Source: an uncultured Candidatus Competibacteraceae bacterium | GTDB taxonomy: Bacteria > Bacteroidota > Bacteroidia > CAIKAF01 | Assembly: GCA_964578885.1 (NCBI GenBank) | Contig: CAZOEO010000001.1 | Span: 222,110 to 286,109 of the forward strand | DNA length: 64,000 nt | Reading direction: 5' to 3' | Shown: piece by piece, positions 10,689-19,623 of the stretch | How positions within the stretch are numbered: position 1 is the stretch's first letter | Layout: each line of letters begins with the position of its first letter | The notes under the pieces: generated by a model | What the model was told of the DNA's origin: nothing | What the model saw: the letters and a program-made list of their open reading frames with translations, nothing else | Databases searched by the model: none | Program-made: the position numbers and the translations under genes

Positions 10689-11882
10689 ATGAAAGTAGGT
10701 ATTGTCCGGGAGCGAAAGTCTCCTCCAGATTTCAGGGTTCCCTTTTCTCCGGAACAGGTGGCAGAATTAAAGCATGCTTTTCCTGCTTTGTCTTTTGTGG
10801 TGGAAACTTCCCCTGACCGATGCTTTTCGGATGCCGAGTATGAGCGTGCCGGGGTTTCCGTGGTGGATGATCTGCATGATGCGGATGTATTGTTGGGCGT
10901 TAAAGAAATTCCAATCGCGCATTTGATTCCGGGAAAAACATATTTGTTTTTTTCTCACACCATCAAAAAACAGCCCTACAATAAACCATTGTTGGAAGCG
11001 GTGGTCAATAAAAACATCACCTTGCTCGATTATGAGTGTTTTCGGGACGCCACCGGGGAAAGGCTCGTTGGATTCGGAGGTTACGCGGGGATCGTGGGCG
11101 TGTATAACGGCTTAAAAGCGTACGGTGAAAAGACCGGTTTGTTTATGATTCCACCTGCTTATCAACTTTCGGGAGGAAGAGCGGAAGCCAATGCAATTTT
11201 GCAAGCATTACCAGACTTTTCCATGCGCGTATTACTGACCGGCAGAGGTCGTGTGGCTCATGGTGCCATGGAAATGCTTGAAGTGGCCGGTTTTACCCGT
11301 GTGGATCAATCGGAATTGGCTCAATCGCAAGGGAAAGTGTACGCGGTCGCAGAATATTTTACCTATAATCAGCGGAAAGATGGTGGGCCTTTTTCCCACA
11401 ATGATTTTGTGCAACATCCCGAAGATTATCATTCCATTTTACCTACTCTTTTGAAAGGTGTAGATATGTATGTTGCCGGACATTTTTGGGCGAAAGGCTC
11501 ACCGGTGCTCCTGACTCGTGAAGATTTGTCGCTTCTTCTTCCTGATTTAAAGGTGATTGCAGATATTTCCTGCGACGTAGGCGGACCTATTGCTTCCACT
11601 GTGCGCGCTTCTACCATGGAGCAGCCCGTGTATGGCTTTGACCCCAAGACCGGAAAGGAAGTGGATCTGACTTCTTCCGGCGCACTTTGGGTGATGGCCG
11701 TAGATAATTTGCCCTGCGAATTGCCCAAAGATGCCTCCATTTCTTTTGGAGAGGAGCTCAGAACGGTGATGCGGCTCTTGTTTGGTGCACCACAACATCC
11801 GACCATTGAAAAGGCGACGTTGGTAAAAAATGGCGTGATACAGCCCGCTTATGATTACTTAGCCGATTGGCTTTCAGAGTAA
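10689..11882 (+). CDS. AlaDH/PNT-family oxidoreductase, saccharopine dehydrogenase (L-lysine-forming)-like
   Basis: N-terminal AlaDH/PNT domain, Rossmann motif GGYAGIVGV, 397 aa. Exact substrate is uncertain. Confidence 0.55.
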   Translation: MKVGIVRERKSPPDFRVPFSPEQVAELKHAFPALSFVVETSPDRCFSDAEYERAGVSVVDDLHDADVLLGVKEIPIAHLIPGKTYLFFSHTIKKQPYNKPLLEAVVNKNITLLDYECFRDATGERLVGFGGYAGIVGVYNGLKAYGEKTGLFMIPPAYQLSGGRAEANAILQALPDFSMRVLLTGRGRVAHGAMEMLEVAGFTRVDQSELAQSQGKVYAVAEYFTYNQRKDGGPFSHNDFVQHPEDYHSILPTLLKGVDMYVAGHFWAKGSPVLLTREDLSLLLPDLKVIADISCDVGGPIASTVRASTMEQPVYGFDPKTGKEVDLTSSGALWVMAVDNLPCELPKDASISFGEELRTVMRLLFGAPQHPTIEKATLVKNGVIQPAYDYLADWLSE

Positions 11883-11883
11883 T

Positions 11884-13110
11884 TTATTGAATGCGAATGG
11901 CTTGAATTGGGTGAAGCCGACTGACCAACCATGAGGGGAAGATGAGTACCACCATGGCCAGTGCGATGGTAATGACGTTTAGCATGAGAAAACTAAGCGG
12001 CAACCAAAGGACCGGCACCACGTCCAGGTAGTAGGAATCCCGGTCGAGGCCGAGTGGTTGGAAAAAATATTGAATGACCAAAAGTCCAAGTCCCACTGCG
12101 TTTCCCCAAAAGACGCCTCGAATAACGATGTGAAAGGCCTGGGCCAAAAATATTTTCCGGATTTCCCACTGGTTCATGCCTAAGGTTTTCAATACACCGA
12201 TGGTATGGGTGCGTTCCAAAATGAGAATGAGTAGGGTCGTACTCATGGCGAGCAGACTCACGACCAGCATTAGCCCAATGATAATCATTGCATTCTGATC
12301 CAGAGACGGAAGCCAGAAAAAAATGTCCGGATATTCATCCCGAATAGTAAGCACCAGGAGCTGAAAAGGCACCTTGTCTTCGATGACCGGCAACATGGGA
12401 TCCAGGTCTGCAAATTGATGAAGGGTGATTTCCAATCCGGATACCTGAAGCGAGTCCCAGCCATACATCAGCTGCACCATGGGCAGGGAAGTGAGACAAA
12501 GTCCCTGATCTATTTCGGGCATGCCAGTATTGAAGATACCAGAAACTTTCAGCGATAACGTCCGTGGCCGGGTGGTGAGGCTGTCTCTTTTGAGATAATA
12601 GAGCTGTACCGAGTCTGCTACATTCAAAGCCAATCTGCGAGCAATCACAGACGAGATGAGCACTTCCCTGGATTTGGGTTCAGGTAAAAGGCCTTGCTCT
12701 AAATGTTCCTCAAAAAAATGCCAGGAAAACTCTTCCCCAACCCCTTTAATCAACGCGCCTTGAATATCCTTTTCAGTTTTTAAAATGCCCAGTTTCGTGG
12801 CGTATCTTTGGATATATTTTACTTTTGAAAGTGTTTCAATATCCTGTTTCCATGGTTGTTCGGATGAAAATGGAAGGGATTCGTAGGAAATGGTGGTTTG
12901 TGCGGCGGTAATTCTGTAATGGGCCGCGATACCTGTGATTTTGGCGGTGATACCCGCTTTAAAGCCCTGAACAATAGAAACAGAAAGTAGCATCACTGCC
13001 AGACTCAGGGCAATGGTCACAATAGAAATGCGCACAATGGGTCCCGAAAATTTCTTTTGGGCCGCATTTTTTTGCATGATGCGCCTGGCGATGAAGAGAG
13101 GTAATTTCAA
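11884..13110 (-). CDS. ABC transporter permease, FtsX/MacB family (LolC/E-like)
   Basis: N-terminal TM helix, large periplasmic MacB_PCD-like domain, and three C-terminal TMs of the FtsX-like type. Confidence 0.75.
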   Translation of the reverse strand: MKLPLFIARRIMQKNAAQKKFSGPIVRISIVTIALSLAVMLLSVSIVQGFKAGITAKITGIAAHYRITAAQTTISYESLPFSSEQPWKQDIETLSKVKYIQRYATKLGILKTEKDIQGALIKGVGEEFSWHFFEEHLEQGLLPEPKSREVLISSVIARRLALNVADSVQLYYLKRDSLTTRPRTLSLKVSGIFNTGMPEIDQGLCLTSLPMVQLMYGWDSLQVSGLEITLHQFADLDPMLPVIEDKVPFQLLVLTIRDEYPDIFFWLPSLDQNAMIIIGLMLVVSLLAMSTTLLILILERTHTIGVLKTLGMNQWEIRKIFLAQAFHIVIRGVFWGNAVGLGLLVIQYFFQPLGLDRDSYYLDVVPVLWLPLSFLMLNVITIALAMVVLIFPSWLVSRLHPIQAIRIQ

Positions 13111-13142
13111 GGACCTTGTGGGAAATGTTTATCTTTGACCTG

Positions 13143-14357
13143 ATGACAAAGGTAGTGTTCCTATTGATTTTTGGACTTGGTATCCAGCAGATTTCTTGGT
13201 CTCAGCTGAGGCCGGTACCGGGAAAATTGCAAGAAGTAACGGATGCGGAAGTCCAAACGGGTGCCGAACGCAAATCACTTTGGTTGCCCTTGCTGAAAGG
13301 AAAGCGGGTTGGTCTTATTGCCAATCCGACGTCCATGGTTGGCCAGCAACATTTGGCCGATGTGATGGTACAAGAAGGAATTCATTTGATTCGGGTTTTC
13401 GGCCCTGAGCATGGATTTAGGGGAAAAGCTGGTGCCGGAGAGCAAGTCCGGGACGACAAAGACCCCAAAACCGGCGTGCAGGTGGTTTCCTTATATGGCA
13501 AACATAAAAAACCACAGCCCGAACATTTGAAGGATTTGGATGTGGTGGTCTTCGATATTCAGGATGTGGGTGCGCGGTTTTACACCTATATTTCTACGAT
13601 GAGTTTGGCCATGGAAGCTTGCGCGGAACAAGGCGTCGCCTTTGTGGTGCTGGATCGTCCTAACCCCAATGGCCATTATGTAGATGGACCTGTGTTAGAA
13701 AAAGAATATGCTTCTTTCGTTGGGATGCATCCTGTGCCTGTGGTACATGGAATGACGGTAGGTGAATATGCCAAAATGGTGAATGAAGAAGGCTGGTTGC
13801 CGGATCAGAAAAAGGTGAATCTCACCATTATTCCTTGTGAAGGTTATCATCATAATTTGCTGTATCAGTTGCCGGTAGCCCCGTCACCCAATTTGCCGAA
13901 CATGGCTGCCGTTTACTTATATCCTTCTTTGTGCTTTTTTGAAGGAACGCCGGTTTCTGTGGGTCGCGGAACGGATAAGCCTTTTCAGATTTTAGGTTTT
14001 CCGGGGTTGCAGGCGCCATATTCTTTTACACCAAATGATATTCCGGGTGTTGCTACCAATCCGCCATTCAAAGGTCAGTTGTGCAAAGGATATGATTTAT
14101 CCGGTTTTGCCCTTTCCTACATTAAAGATTACAGGCGTCTTTACTTTTTATGGATGCTCGATTTACATCATAGATTTCCCAAAGACAAAGGTCCTTTTTT
14201 CAATGCTTTTTTCTCGAAACTGGCCGGGAATGGTTGGTTGGTAAAAATGTTGCAGGATCCGGAAGTGCAAGAGGAAGATTTGCGCAAGCGGTGGCAACCG
14301 GATGTAGACGCATTTATGCTGAAACGCAAGAAATATTTGTTGTATCCGGATTTTTAA
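13143..14357 (+). CDS. DUF1343 family protein (NamZ-like exo-beta-N-acetylmuramidase family)
   Basis: Signal peptide and conserved DUF1343 core (GPEHGFRG...VVFDIQDVGARFYTYIST...VVLDRPNP). The start is taken at the internal Met at 13143. Confidence 0.65.
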   Translation: MTKVVFLLIFGLGIQQISWSQLRPVPGKLQEVTDAEVQTGAERKSLWLPLLKGKRVGLIANPTSMVGQQHLADVMVQEGIHLIRVFGPEHGFRGKAGAGEQVRDDKDPKTGVQVVSLYGKHKKPQPEHLKDLDVVVFDIQDVGARFYTYISTMSLAMEACAEQGVAFVVLDRPNPNGHYVDGPVLEKEYASFVGMHPVPVVHGMTVGEYAKMVNEEGWLPDQKKVNLTIIPCEGYHHNLLYQLPVAPSPNLPNMAAVYLYPSLCFFEGTPVSVGRGTDKPFQILGFPGLQAPYSFTPNDIPGVATNPPFKGQLCKGYDLSGFALSYIKDYRRLYFLWMLDLHHRFPKDKGPFFNAFFSKLAGNGWLVKMLQDPEVQEEDLRKRWQPDVDAFMLKRKKYLLYPDF

Positions 14358-14379
14358 AGAAAGATAATTCAGGGGTTGT

Positions 14380-14838
14380 ATGCGTGTGGTGGTTCAGCGG
14401 GTTAAATCCGCAAGCGTAGAAGTTTCCGGAAAACTGGTCGGTACGATTCAGCAGGGTTTGTTGCTGTTTGTGGGCGTTGAGGATGCGGATGGGGTAGAGG
14501 ATGTGCAGCATTTATGTTATAAAATTCCCCGATTACGCATTTTTTCCGATGCGTCTGGCCGGATGAACAAAAGTTTGCTGGATTTGCCGGATGGCCAGTG
14601 CCTGGTGGTGTCTCAGTTTACCTTATTTGCTGACGTACGAAAAGGCCAGCGTCCTTCTTTTGTTCGCGCAGGCAAACCGGAATTCGCCAAATTAATGATG
14701 GAAATGTTTGTTCGCTCGATGTCGCAGGAGCTTCAAGGGCCGGTGGAAACTGGCATTTTCGGTGCTGACATGCAGGTTCATCTGGTGAATGATGGTCCGG
14801 TAACCTTGTTATTAGATTCCAAACAAAGAGATTTATGA
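14380..14838 (+). CDS. dtd: D-aminoacyl-tRNA deacylase
   Basis: MRVVVQRV...SGPVTL motif set of Dtd. Overlaps the next gene by 4 nt. Confidence 0.9.
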   Translation: MRVVVQRVKSASVEVSGKLVGTIQQGLLLFVGVEDADGVEDVQHLCYKIPRLRIFSDASGRMNKSLLDLPDGQCLVVSQFTLFADVRKGQRPSFVRAGKPEFAKLMMEMFVRSMSQELQGPVETGIFGADMQVHLVNDGPVTLLLDSKQRDL

Positions 14839-15155
14839 CCATAGCCTTGTTGCAAAAAACGGTGGATGATTACATTCAGAACCATGGCGTTCGGTATTTT
14901 AATCATTTGACCAACATGGCCATTTTGACCGAAGAGGTAGGCGAGTTGGCGCGTTTAATGGCACGTACGTACGGAGAGCAAAGTTTTAAGCCGGGTGAAA
15001 CCGGAGATTTGGGCGACGAAATGGCGGATGTGCTTTGGGTACTCGTTTGTTTGGCCAATCAGTCCGGGGTCGATTTAACGGCGGCTTTGGAGAAAAACCT
15101 GGAGAAAAAGGTACAAAGAGACAAGGACCGGCATCGGACCAATCCCAAGTTATAG
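14835..15155 (+). CDS. MazG-like nucleotide pyrophosphohydrolase (small all-alpha NTP-PPase)
   Basis: EExGEL...DEMADVLWV motif pattern of MazG/YpjD-like proteins. Operonic with dtd. Confidence 0.7.
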   Translation: MTIALLQKTVDDYIQNHGVRYFNHLTNMAILTEEVGELARLMARTYGEQSFKPGETGDLGDEMADVLWVLVCLANQSGVDLTAALEKNLEKKVQRDKDRHRTNPKL

Positions 15156-15213
15156 AACTTTAGGAGAATCCGTTAGGCGGTGTAAAAAACTGTATCTTTC
15201 CTGCGAATTCCAT

Positions 15214-16128
15214 GTGGATATGAAAATTGCCATTTTATCTCGCAACGCCAATTTATACTCAACCCGCAGGTTGGTCGAGGAGGGGCTGAGTCGCGGTCAC
15301 CGCGTTGAGGTGGTCGATCATTTGCGTTGCAACATTGTGATTGAGAAAAAAAGTCCGAGGATTTTTTATCGGGATCATTATTTGGATGATATCGATGCGG
15401 TAATTCCCCGGGTAGGCGCCTCGGTTACTTTCTATGGTTCGGCAGTGGTTCGGCAGTTTGAGATGATGAAGGTTTTTACGGCTGTCGAGAGCCAGGCATT
15501 GATTCGTTCGCGGGACAAACTCCGTAGTCTTCAGATTTTGGCGCGAGCTGGCATTGGATTACCTAAAACCGTGTTTACCAATTTTGCACGGAACATCGAC
15601 GAGATTTTAGAAGAGATTGGCAGTTTGCCTGTGATTATAAAATTATTGGAAGGGACGCAGGGATTAGGAGTGGTATTGGCAGAAAATAAGAATGCGGCCA
15701 ACTCTGTGATAGAGGCATTTCACAGTTTGAAAGTGCGCATTATTGTTCAGGAATTTATAAAGGAGGCGGGAGGCGCAGATATCCGGGCGTTTATTGTAGA
15801 TGGGAAAGTGGTTGGTGCCATGAAGCGTCAGGGAAAAGAAGGAGAGTTCAGGAGTAATTTGCACCGGGGTGGTCATGCCACGGTGATTAAGTTGACTCCT
15901 GAGGAACGTGAAACTGCTGTGGCAGCGGCGAAAGCCATGGGCTTAGGTGTGGCAGGTGTGGATATGCTACAAAGTCGGCGCGGGCCATTGGTGATGGAAG
16001 TGAATTCGTCGCCCGGTTTGGAAGGGATAGAAGGAGCTACGGGTAAAAATATAGCCGGAGAAATCATTCGATATTTAGAGAAAAATGGCGGCCAGAAAAA
16101 AATCCAGCGGGACAAAGTCAACGCGTGA
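15214..16128 (+). CDS. rimK: RimK-family ATP-grasp alpha-L-glutamate ligase
   Basis: ATP-grasp architecture with RimK hallmarks (GS.V...[25 protein letters not shown]). Confidence 0.85.
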   Translation: MDMKIAILSRNANLYSTRRLVEEGLSRGHRVEVVDHLRCNIVIEKKSPRIFYRDHYLDDIDAVIPRVGASVTFYGSAVVRQFEMMKVFTAVESQALIRSRDKLRSLQILARAGIGLPKTVFTNFARNIDEILEEIGSLPVIIKLLEGTQGLGVVLAENKNAANSVIEAFHSLKVRIIVQEFIKEAGGADIRAFIVDGKVVGAMKRQGKEGEFRSNLHRGGHATVIKLTPEERETAVAAAKAMGLGVAGVDMLQSRRGPLVMEVNSSPGLEGIEGATGKNIAGEIIRYLEKNGGQKKIQRDKVNA

Positions 16129-17068
16129 AACCTTTGTGATTCATCATACACCGATTTTACCCGGTGAAACGCATACGTTGTTTGTTCCCATAGCACGGTT
16201 GGCATCAGGTACGGCGATTGATATTCCGGTGGTGGTGAGCCGTGCTGTGGAACCTGGTCCGGTGGTGTTATTGATGGGAGGTTTACATGGGGATGAATTG
16301 AATGGTGTGGAAATCATGCGCAGGGTGTTGCGAAGTGGTTATCATATTCCATTGCGGGGTGCCACCATTTCCATTCCACTTGTGAATGTGTTTGGATTTA
16401 TCAATTTTAGTCGCGAGCCGGTATTTAGTAAAGATGTAAATCGCAGTTTTCCAGGTACCTCCAAGGGGTCTTTGGCGTCCCGATTAGCATTTTATATTCA
16501 TCAGCATATTTTACCTTTGGTCGATGTGGGCGTGGATTTGCATACCGGCGGTGAGAGCCGGTACAATTTTCCTCAGGTGCGTGCGGTTTTGAAAGATCCG
16601 GTAAACAAGGCTTTGGCCGAGGCATTTTCTGCACCGTTTACCATAGATGCGCCATTGCGAGCGGGCAGTTTGCGCCATGCAGCGGCGAAGATGGGAAAGC
16701 ATATTATTGTTTATGAGGGAGGTGAAACTTTACGTTTCGATCAACATGCCATTGCAGAAGGGGTAGAAGGTGTTCAGCGGTTTTTGCAGCATTTTGGCAT
16801 GTTGCGTGAAGAGGCCACGCCGCAGCGAAAAACGCGTCATGATATTTCAAAAATGAGCTGGGTACGTGCAAAGAATGCCGGATTGTTTCAGCCATTTATA
16901 GAGCCGGGTGAATGGGTAAGGAAGGGGCAGCAGCTTGGCATTATAAGTGATACTTTAGGAAAGGAGCGCGAGATGATGTTGTCGCCGAAAGAGGGTTATG
17001 TGATTGGAGTGAATTACAGGCCCGTGGTAAATTTGGGAGATGCGTTGGTGCATTTAGGGTCTGATTAG
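16085..17068 (+). CDS. succinylglutamate desuccinylase/aspartoacylase-family zinc hydrolase (RimK-associated)
   Basis: Typical metal-ligand region (HGDELNG...H.TGGE). Overlaps rimK by 44 nt in a conserved gene pair. Confidence 0.7.
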   Translation: MAARKKSSGTKSTRETFVIHHTPILPGETHTLFVPIARLASGTAIDIPVVVSRAVEPGPVVLLMGGLHGDELNGVEIMRRVLRSGYHIPLRGATISIPLVNVFGFINFSREPVFSKDVNRSFPGTSKGSLASRLAFYIHQHILPLVDVGVDLHTGGESRYNFPQVRAVLKDPVNKALAEAFSAPFTIDAPLRAGSLRHAAAKMGKHIIVYEGGETLRFDQHAIAEGVEGVQRFLQHFGMLREEATPQRKTRHDISKMSWVRAKNAGLFQPFIEPGEWVRKGQQLGIISDTLGKEREMMLSPKEGYVIGVNYRPVVNLGDALVHLGSD

Positions 17069-17092
17069 TGGTGTATTGTGGGTAAACTAAAA

Positions 17093-17120
17093 GGCAGGGT
17101 ATGTCCGTACCCTGTCTGTC
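17093..17120 (+). terminator. rho-independent-like hairpin (GGCAGGGTA-tgtccg-TACCCTGTC) after the rimK operon
   Basis: 9-bp stem with one G-U pair, 24 nt after the stop, followed by a T-rich stretch. Confidence 0.5.
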
Positions 17121-17345
17121 TTCCAATGTATAATATTTCAATATAATAAAAATTATTTTTTGTTTATAACAATGTATTGTTGATATCTAGTTATTTGTTA
17201 TTCAATACTTTAATTGTTTCATACAATGGTTTTGAGTAAATAATGAGGTAAAATATTTCATTTTTGTTGTTTGGGGTGAAACAATTTATATCTTCGTTAT
17301 GGTTAAAACTAATAACCATTAAGAACCCCATTTAGAACCCATCGT
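17121..17345 (+). promoter_or_regulatory. extremely AT-rich upstream region of the beta-helix/giant-repeat locus (putative strong promoter/UP region)
   Basis: Roughly 80% A+T over about 225 bp, with several TAnnTTTG-like Bacteroidota -7 elements (for example TATTTTTTG, TTTTTGTTG) immediately upstream of the first locus gene. Confidence 0.4.
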
Positions 17346-18434
17346 ATGAAGAACATATTTACCTCGCTAGGCTTGGTCTTGGGGTTAATGTTATCACCTA
17401 CATTGGCGCTCAATGCAACGATATGGAGGGTTAATAATACTCCGGGAATTAATGCGTCTTTTTCAGATTTGACCACAGCGATTTCCGGTGCATCGGTAGA
17501 TGATACGCTCTATGTGGAAGGAAGTCTTACCTCTTATGGTGCTATTTTACTTAATAAGCGCTTAACTATCATTGGTCCGGGATATCTTTTAGGAGTAAAC
17601 GATACCACCATGGCGTTTCAACAGGCGGCCACTTTATCTTCTTTACGTGTAACCGCTGCCGGATCAACCGTTATGGGGTTGTATATCAACAATACCGCTA
17701 CTACGCCTGTATTTGCGCTTTCCATTGAGGCCAGTAATGTGACCATGCTTAGGAATTATATCCGCAAAGGCTCCAACAGTGCATCAGGCGATGTGATTCA
17801 GATTTCTTCCGGTCTCACTGGAGTTTCTATCGCCCAAAATTTGGTTGAGAATGTTGGGACGTCCCTGTCTTTTACTTTCCGTGGCATCAATTTTCTTGGC
17901 GCTGGTATCAATTGCATTATTTCCAACAACATTATTTTAACAGGCGCTTCAGACTTGAATGGAGGTTCCATGAGTGGGGATGCCCTGGTCTTGTCAGCTG
18001 GGGGAGCTTATCGGGTCAATTATAACACGATACGCGGAAATTGCTCTTTTTTCAACGCCCAGGTTTCTGGAAATATTTTGATTAGGGGACTTATTACAAC
18101 CAGTCCTGCCAGTCCAAATATTATTCAAAATAATTTGTCTAATCAATCACAGTTTGGCACAGCTCAGGGGAATATCGCCTTAGTGGATATGACCACGGGT
18201 GTTTTTGCCATGACGGGTTTGGCAAATGAGGATCGATATTATCGACTTGTCCCGGGTTCGGTAGCCATTTCCGCAGGTCCGAACGGTTCGAACGCAGGCG
18301 CCTATGGTGGTTTTACACCGTATGTAAGGTCCGGAATGCCTCCCATTCCTTCCATTTTTGCGGCTTCTATCCCAGGGGCAGCCAATACGGCAACGGGAGT
18401 GCCTGTAAACCAGAGTTCCATTTCACGCAACTAA
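17346..18434 (+). CDS. secreted parallel beta-helix (PbH1) repeat protein with a C-terminal YFWD-module-like tail; paralog 1 of 4
   Basis: Signal peptide, conserved WRVNN...DTLYVEGS..SYG...GPGY.L..ND(S/T)T N-cap, and repeated I.xN.I PbH1 strands (VSIAQNLVEN, IISNNIILTG). The C-terminus (YYRL.P...G...YGGF.PYVRSGMPPIPSIF...) resembles one module of the giant protein. Confidence 0.55.
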   Translation: MKNIFTSLGLVLGLMLSPTLALNATIWRVNNTPGINASFSDLTTAISGASVDDTLYVEGSLTSYGAILLNKRLTIIGPGYLLGVNDTTMAFQQAATLSSLRVTAAGSTVMGLYINNTATTPVFALSIEASNVTMLRNYIRKGSNSASGDVIQISSGLTGVSIAQNLVENVGTSLSFTFRGINFLGAGINCIISNNIILTGASDLNGGSMSGDALVLSAGGAYRVNYNTIRGNCSFFNAQVSGNILIRGLITTSPASPNIIQNNLSNQSQFGTAQGNIALVDMTTGVFAMTGLANEDRYYRLVPGSVAISAGPNGSNAGAYGGFTPYVRSGMPPIPSIFAASIPGAANTATGVPVNQSSISRN

Positions 18435-18457
18435 ATACAACACAAAAACAAAAAGGT

Positions 18458-19570
18458 ATGAAACACCTCATCCGCTTTTCATTTATGGTGCTTATGCTGA
18501 GCCCATTGGCTGTATTCGCCGGCAAGTGGCGGGTCAATAACCAAACAGGTACCACTGCTAATTTTACGTCTGTAGCTACGGCTGTTGCAAGTGCATCCGT
18601 GTTAAATGGTGATACACTTTATATTGAAGGATCACCTACCTCTTATGGCTCTCTTTCTCTCACATCCAAGAGATTGACCTTTATTGGTCCTGGTTACCTT
18701 CTAACAGACAATGACTCTACTCAGGCTATTATTTATCCTGCCCGTTTCGATCAATTGAGCGTTTCCGGAGCTTCTGCAGATAATTCTGTGTTTTTAGGAT
18801 TGGTTTTCCAAAACACTACAGGTGGTACTACTTTGGTAACATTGGGCTCCAATGGTCTTACTTTTTCCCGTAATTATCTTTTTACCGGAACAAATGGAGG
18901 TAACTCATTTGGATCCGTTGGTATTTCGGTGACATCTGGTTTTAACAACATTACCATCAGCCAGAATTTCATCAATTTACAACTGACTGTAGCTTCTTTT
19001 AGCAATACTGGAATCAGCATTACAGGCACCAATACCAACCTTCTCATATCTAATAATCTAATTTTGGTTGGTCAGATGGATTTAACGTCAACTAATCCAA
19101 GTACCGCCAACGCCATCACCATGTCTAGCACCAGCGGTTCTGCTGTAGTTGCGAATAATGTGTTCAAAGGCAATTTGACCTTATATAATGCTCAGTTGTT
19201 CAGTAACATATGGATTGCTGGTACCTTTACAGTGAATGCTTCTTTCCCCAACGTATTGCAGAATAATATTTCTAACTCCACCCAGTTTGGTTCTACCAAC
19301 GGAAACCAGCAGAACATAACCATGACCAACGTATTTGCTCAAACTGGTTCGGTGGCGTCTTTGGATAAATTCTACACTTTAATTCCATCCACTTCTCCTG
19401 CGATTGGAACAGGAGTCGGCGGTAATGATTGCGGTATTTTTGGTGGAACGCTTCGCTATAAATTGAGTGGTTTACCTCCTTTTCCTGCGATTTGGTCTGC
19501 CACAGTTCCTCCAACAGGTTCAAGTGGGTCTAACCTGAACGTGAATGTGCGTGCACGTGCGCACAATTAA
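18458..19570 (+). CDS. secreted parallel beta-helix (PbH1) repeat protein; paralog 2 of 4
   Basis: Same architecture as 17346..18434. C-terminal tail FGGTLRYKLSGLPPFPAIWSATVPPTGSSGSNLNVNVRARAHN. Confidence 0.55.
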   Translation: MKHLIRFSFMVLMLSPLAVFAGKWRVNNQTGTTANFTSVATAVASASVLNGDTLYIEGSPTSYGSLSLTSKRLTFIGPGYLLTDNDSTQAIIYPARFDQLSVSGASADNSVFLGLVFQNTTGGTTLVTLGSNGLTFSRNYLFTGTNGGNSFGSVGISVTSGFNNITISQNFINLQLTVASFSNTGISITGTNTNLLISNNLILVGQMDLTSTNPSTANAITMSSTSGSAVVANNVFKGNLTLYNAQLFSNIWIAGTFTVNASFPNVLQNNISNSTQFGSTNGNQQNITMTNVFAQTGSVASLDKFYTLIPSTSPAIGTGVGGNDCGIFGGTLRYKLSGLPPFPAIWSATVPPTGSSGSNLNVNVRARAHN

Positions 19571-19623
19571 GCTGAGATTGTTTCATCCTTTTTAGTTCAA
19601 GAACCCGAATTTAAGCTATCGGT

